The notes beneath the pieces were generated by a model, which saw only the letters and a program-made list of their open reading frames with translations, was not told where the DNA came from and ran no database searches. A stretch of DNA of 64,000 nt from a virus: positions 1 to 64,000 of the IMG/VR virus record IMGVR_UViG_3300014962_000004, one strand, 5' to 3'. Made by a program: the position numbers and the translations under genes. Positions 64,000 through 64,000 of the stretch are shown in pieces. How positions within the stretch are numbered: the stretch's first letter is position 1; every line of letters begins with the position of its first letter.

Positions 64000-64000
64000 A

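Noticed and set aside
1-64000. tRNA or rRNA genes, integrase, transposase
   Set aside because: None recognised by inspection; tRNAscan-SE and ARAGORN were not run.

Overview
GC-rich fragment of a large actinobacteriophage genome, almost entirely encoded on the minus strand. It is most likely a mycobacteriophage myovirus with a gene set and order like cluster C (Bxz1) or Rhodococcus phage E3. Reading in the direction of transcription (right to left): a contractile-tail baseplate module (hub, tail/fibre protein, double LysB-like esterase, gp25-like wedge, baseplate J, minor tail proteins); a small divergent accessory island with a HicA-like gene; a metallophosphoesterase and an SNF2-like helicase; a replication/recombination operon (DnaC-like loader, DnaB, primase, J-domain protein, SSB, DnaE, RecA, two resolvases, Cas4-like nuclease, sigma-region-4 protein); a 1467-aa beta-propeller/Calx-beta protein; about 11 kb of small accessory genes organised as promoter-gene-terminator cassettes; the lysis cassette (lysin A, holin, lysin B); and a terminase large subunit that runs off the left edge and is absent from the ORF track. 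The most notable unexplained feature is a ~355-nt structured non-coding RNA candidate (11352-11706, minus strand). It has its own promoter, a 29-bp closing stem, a loop-E/sarcin-ricin motif, a GNRA hairpin and nested helices. It sits within a family of phage promoters that share a CTRTAG spacer box and an ACC-rich 5' transcript signature. Two smaller stem-closed intergenic RNA candidates lie at 12725-12847 and 31690-31775. All calls come from motif inspection only; no searches or folding programs were run.
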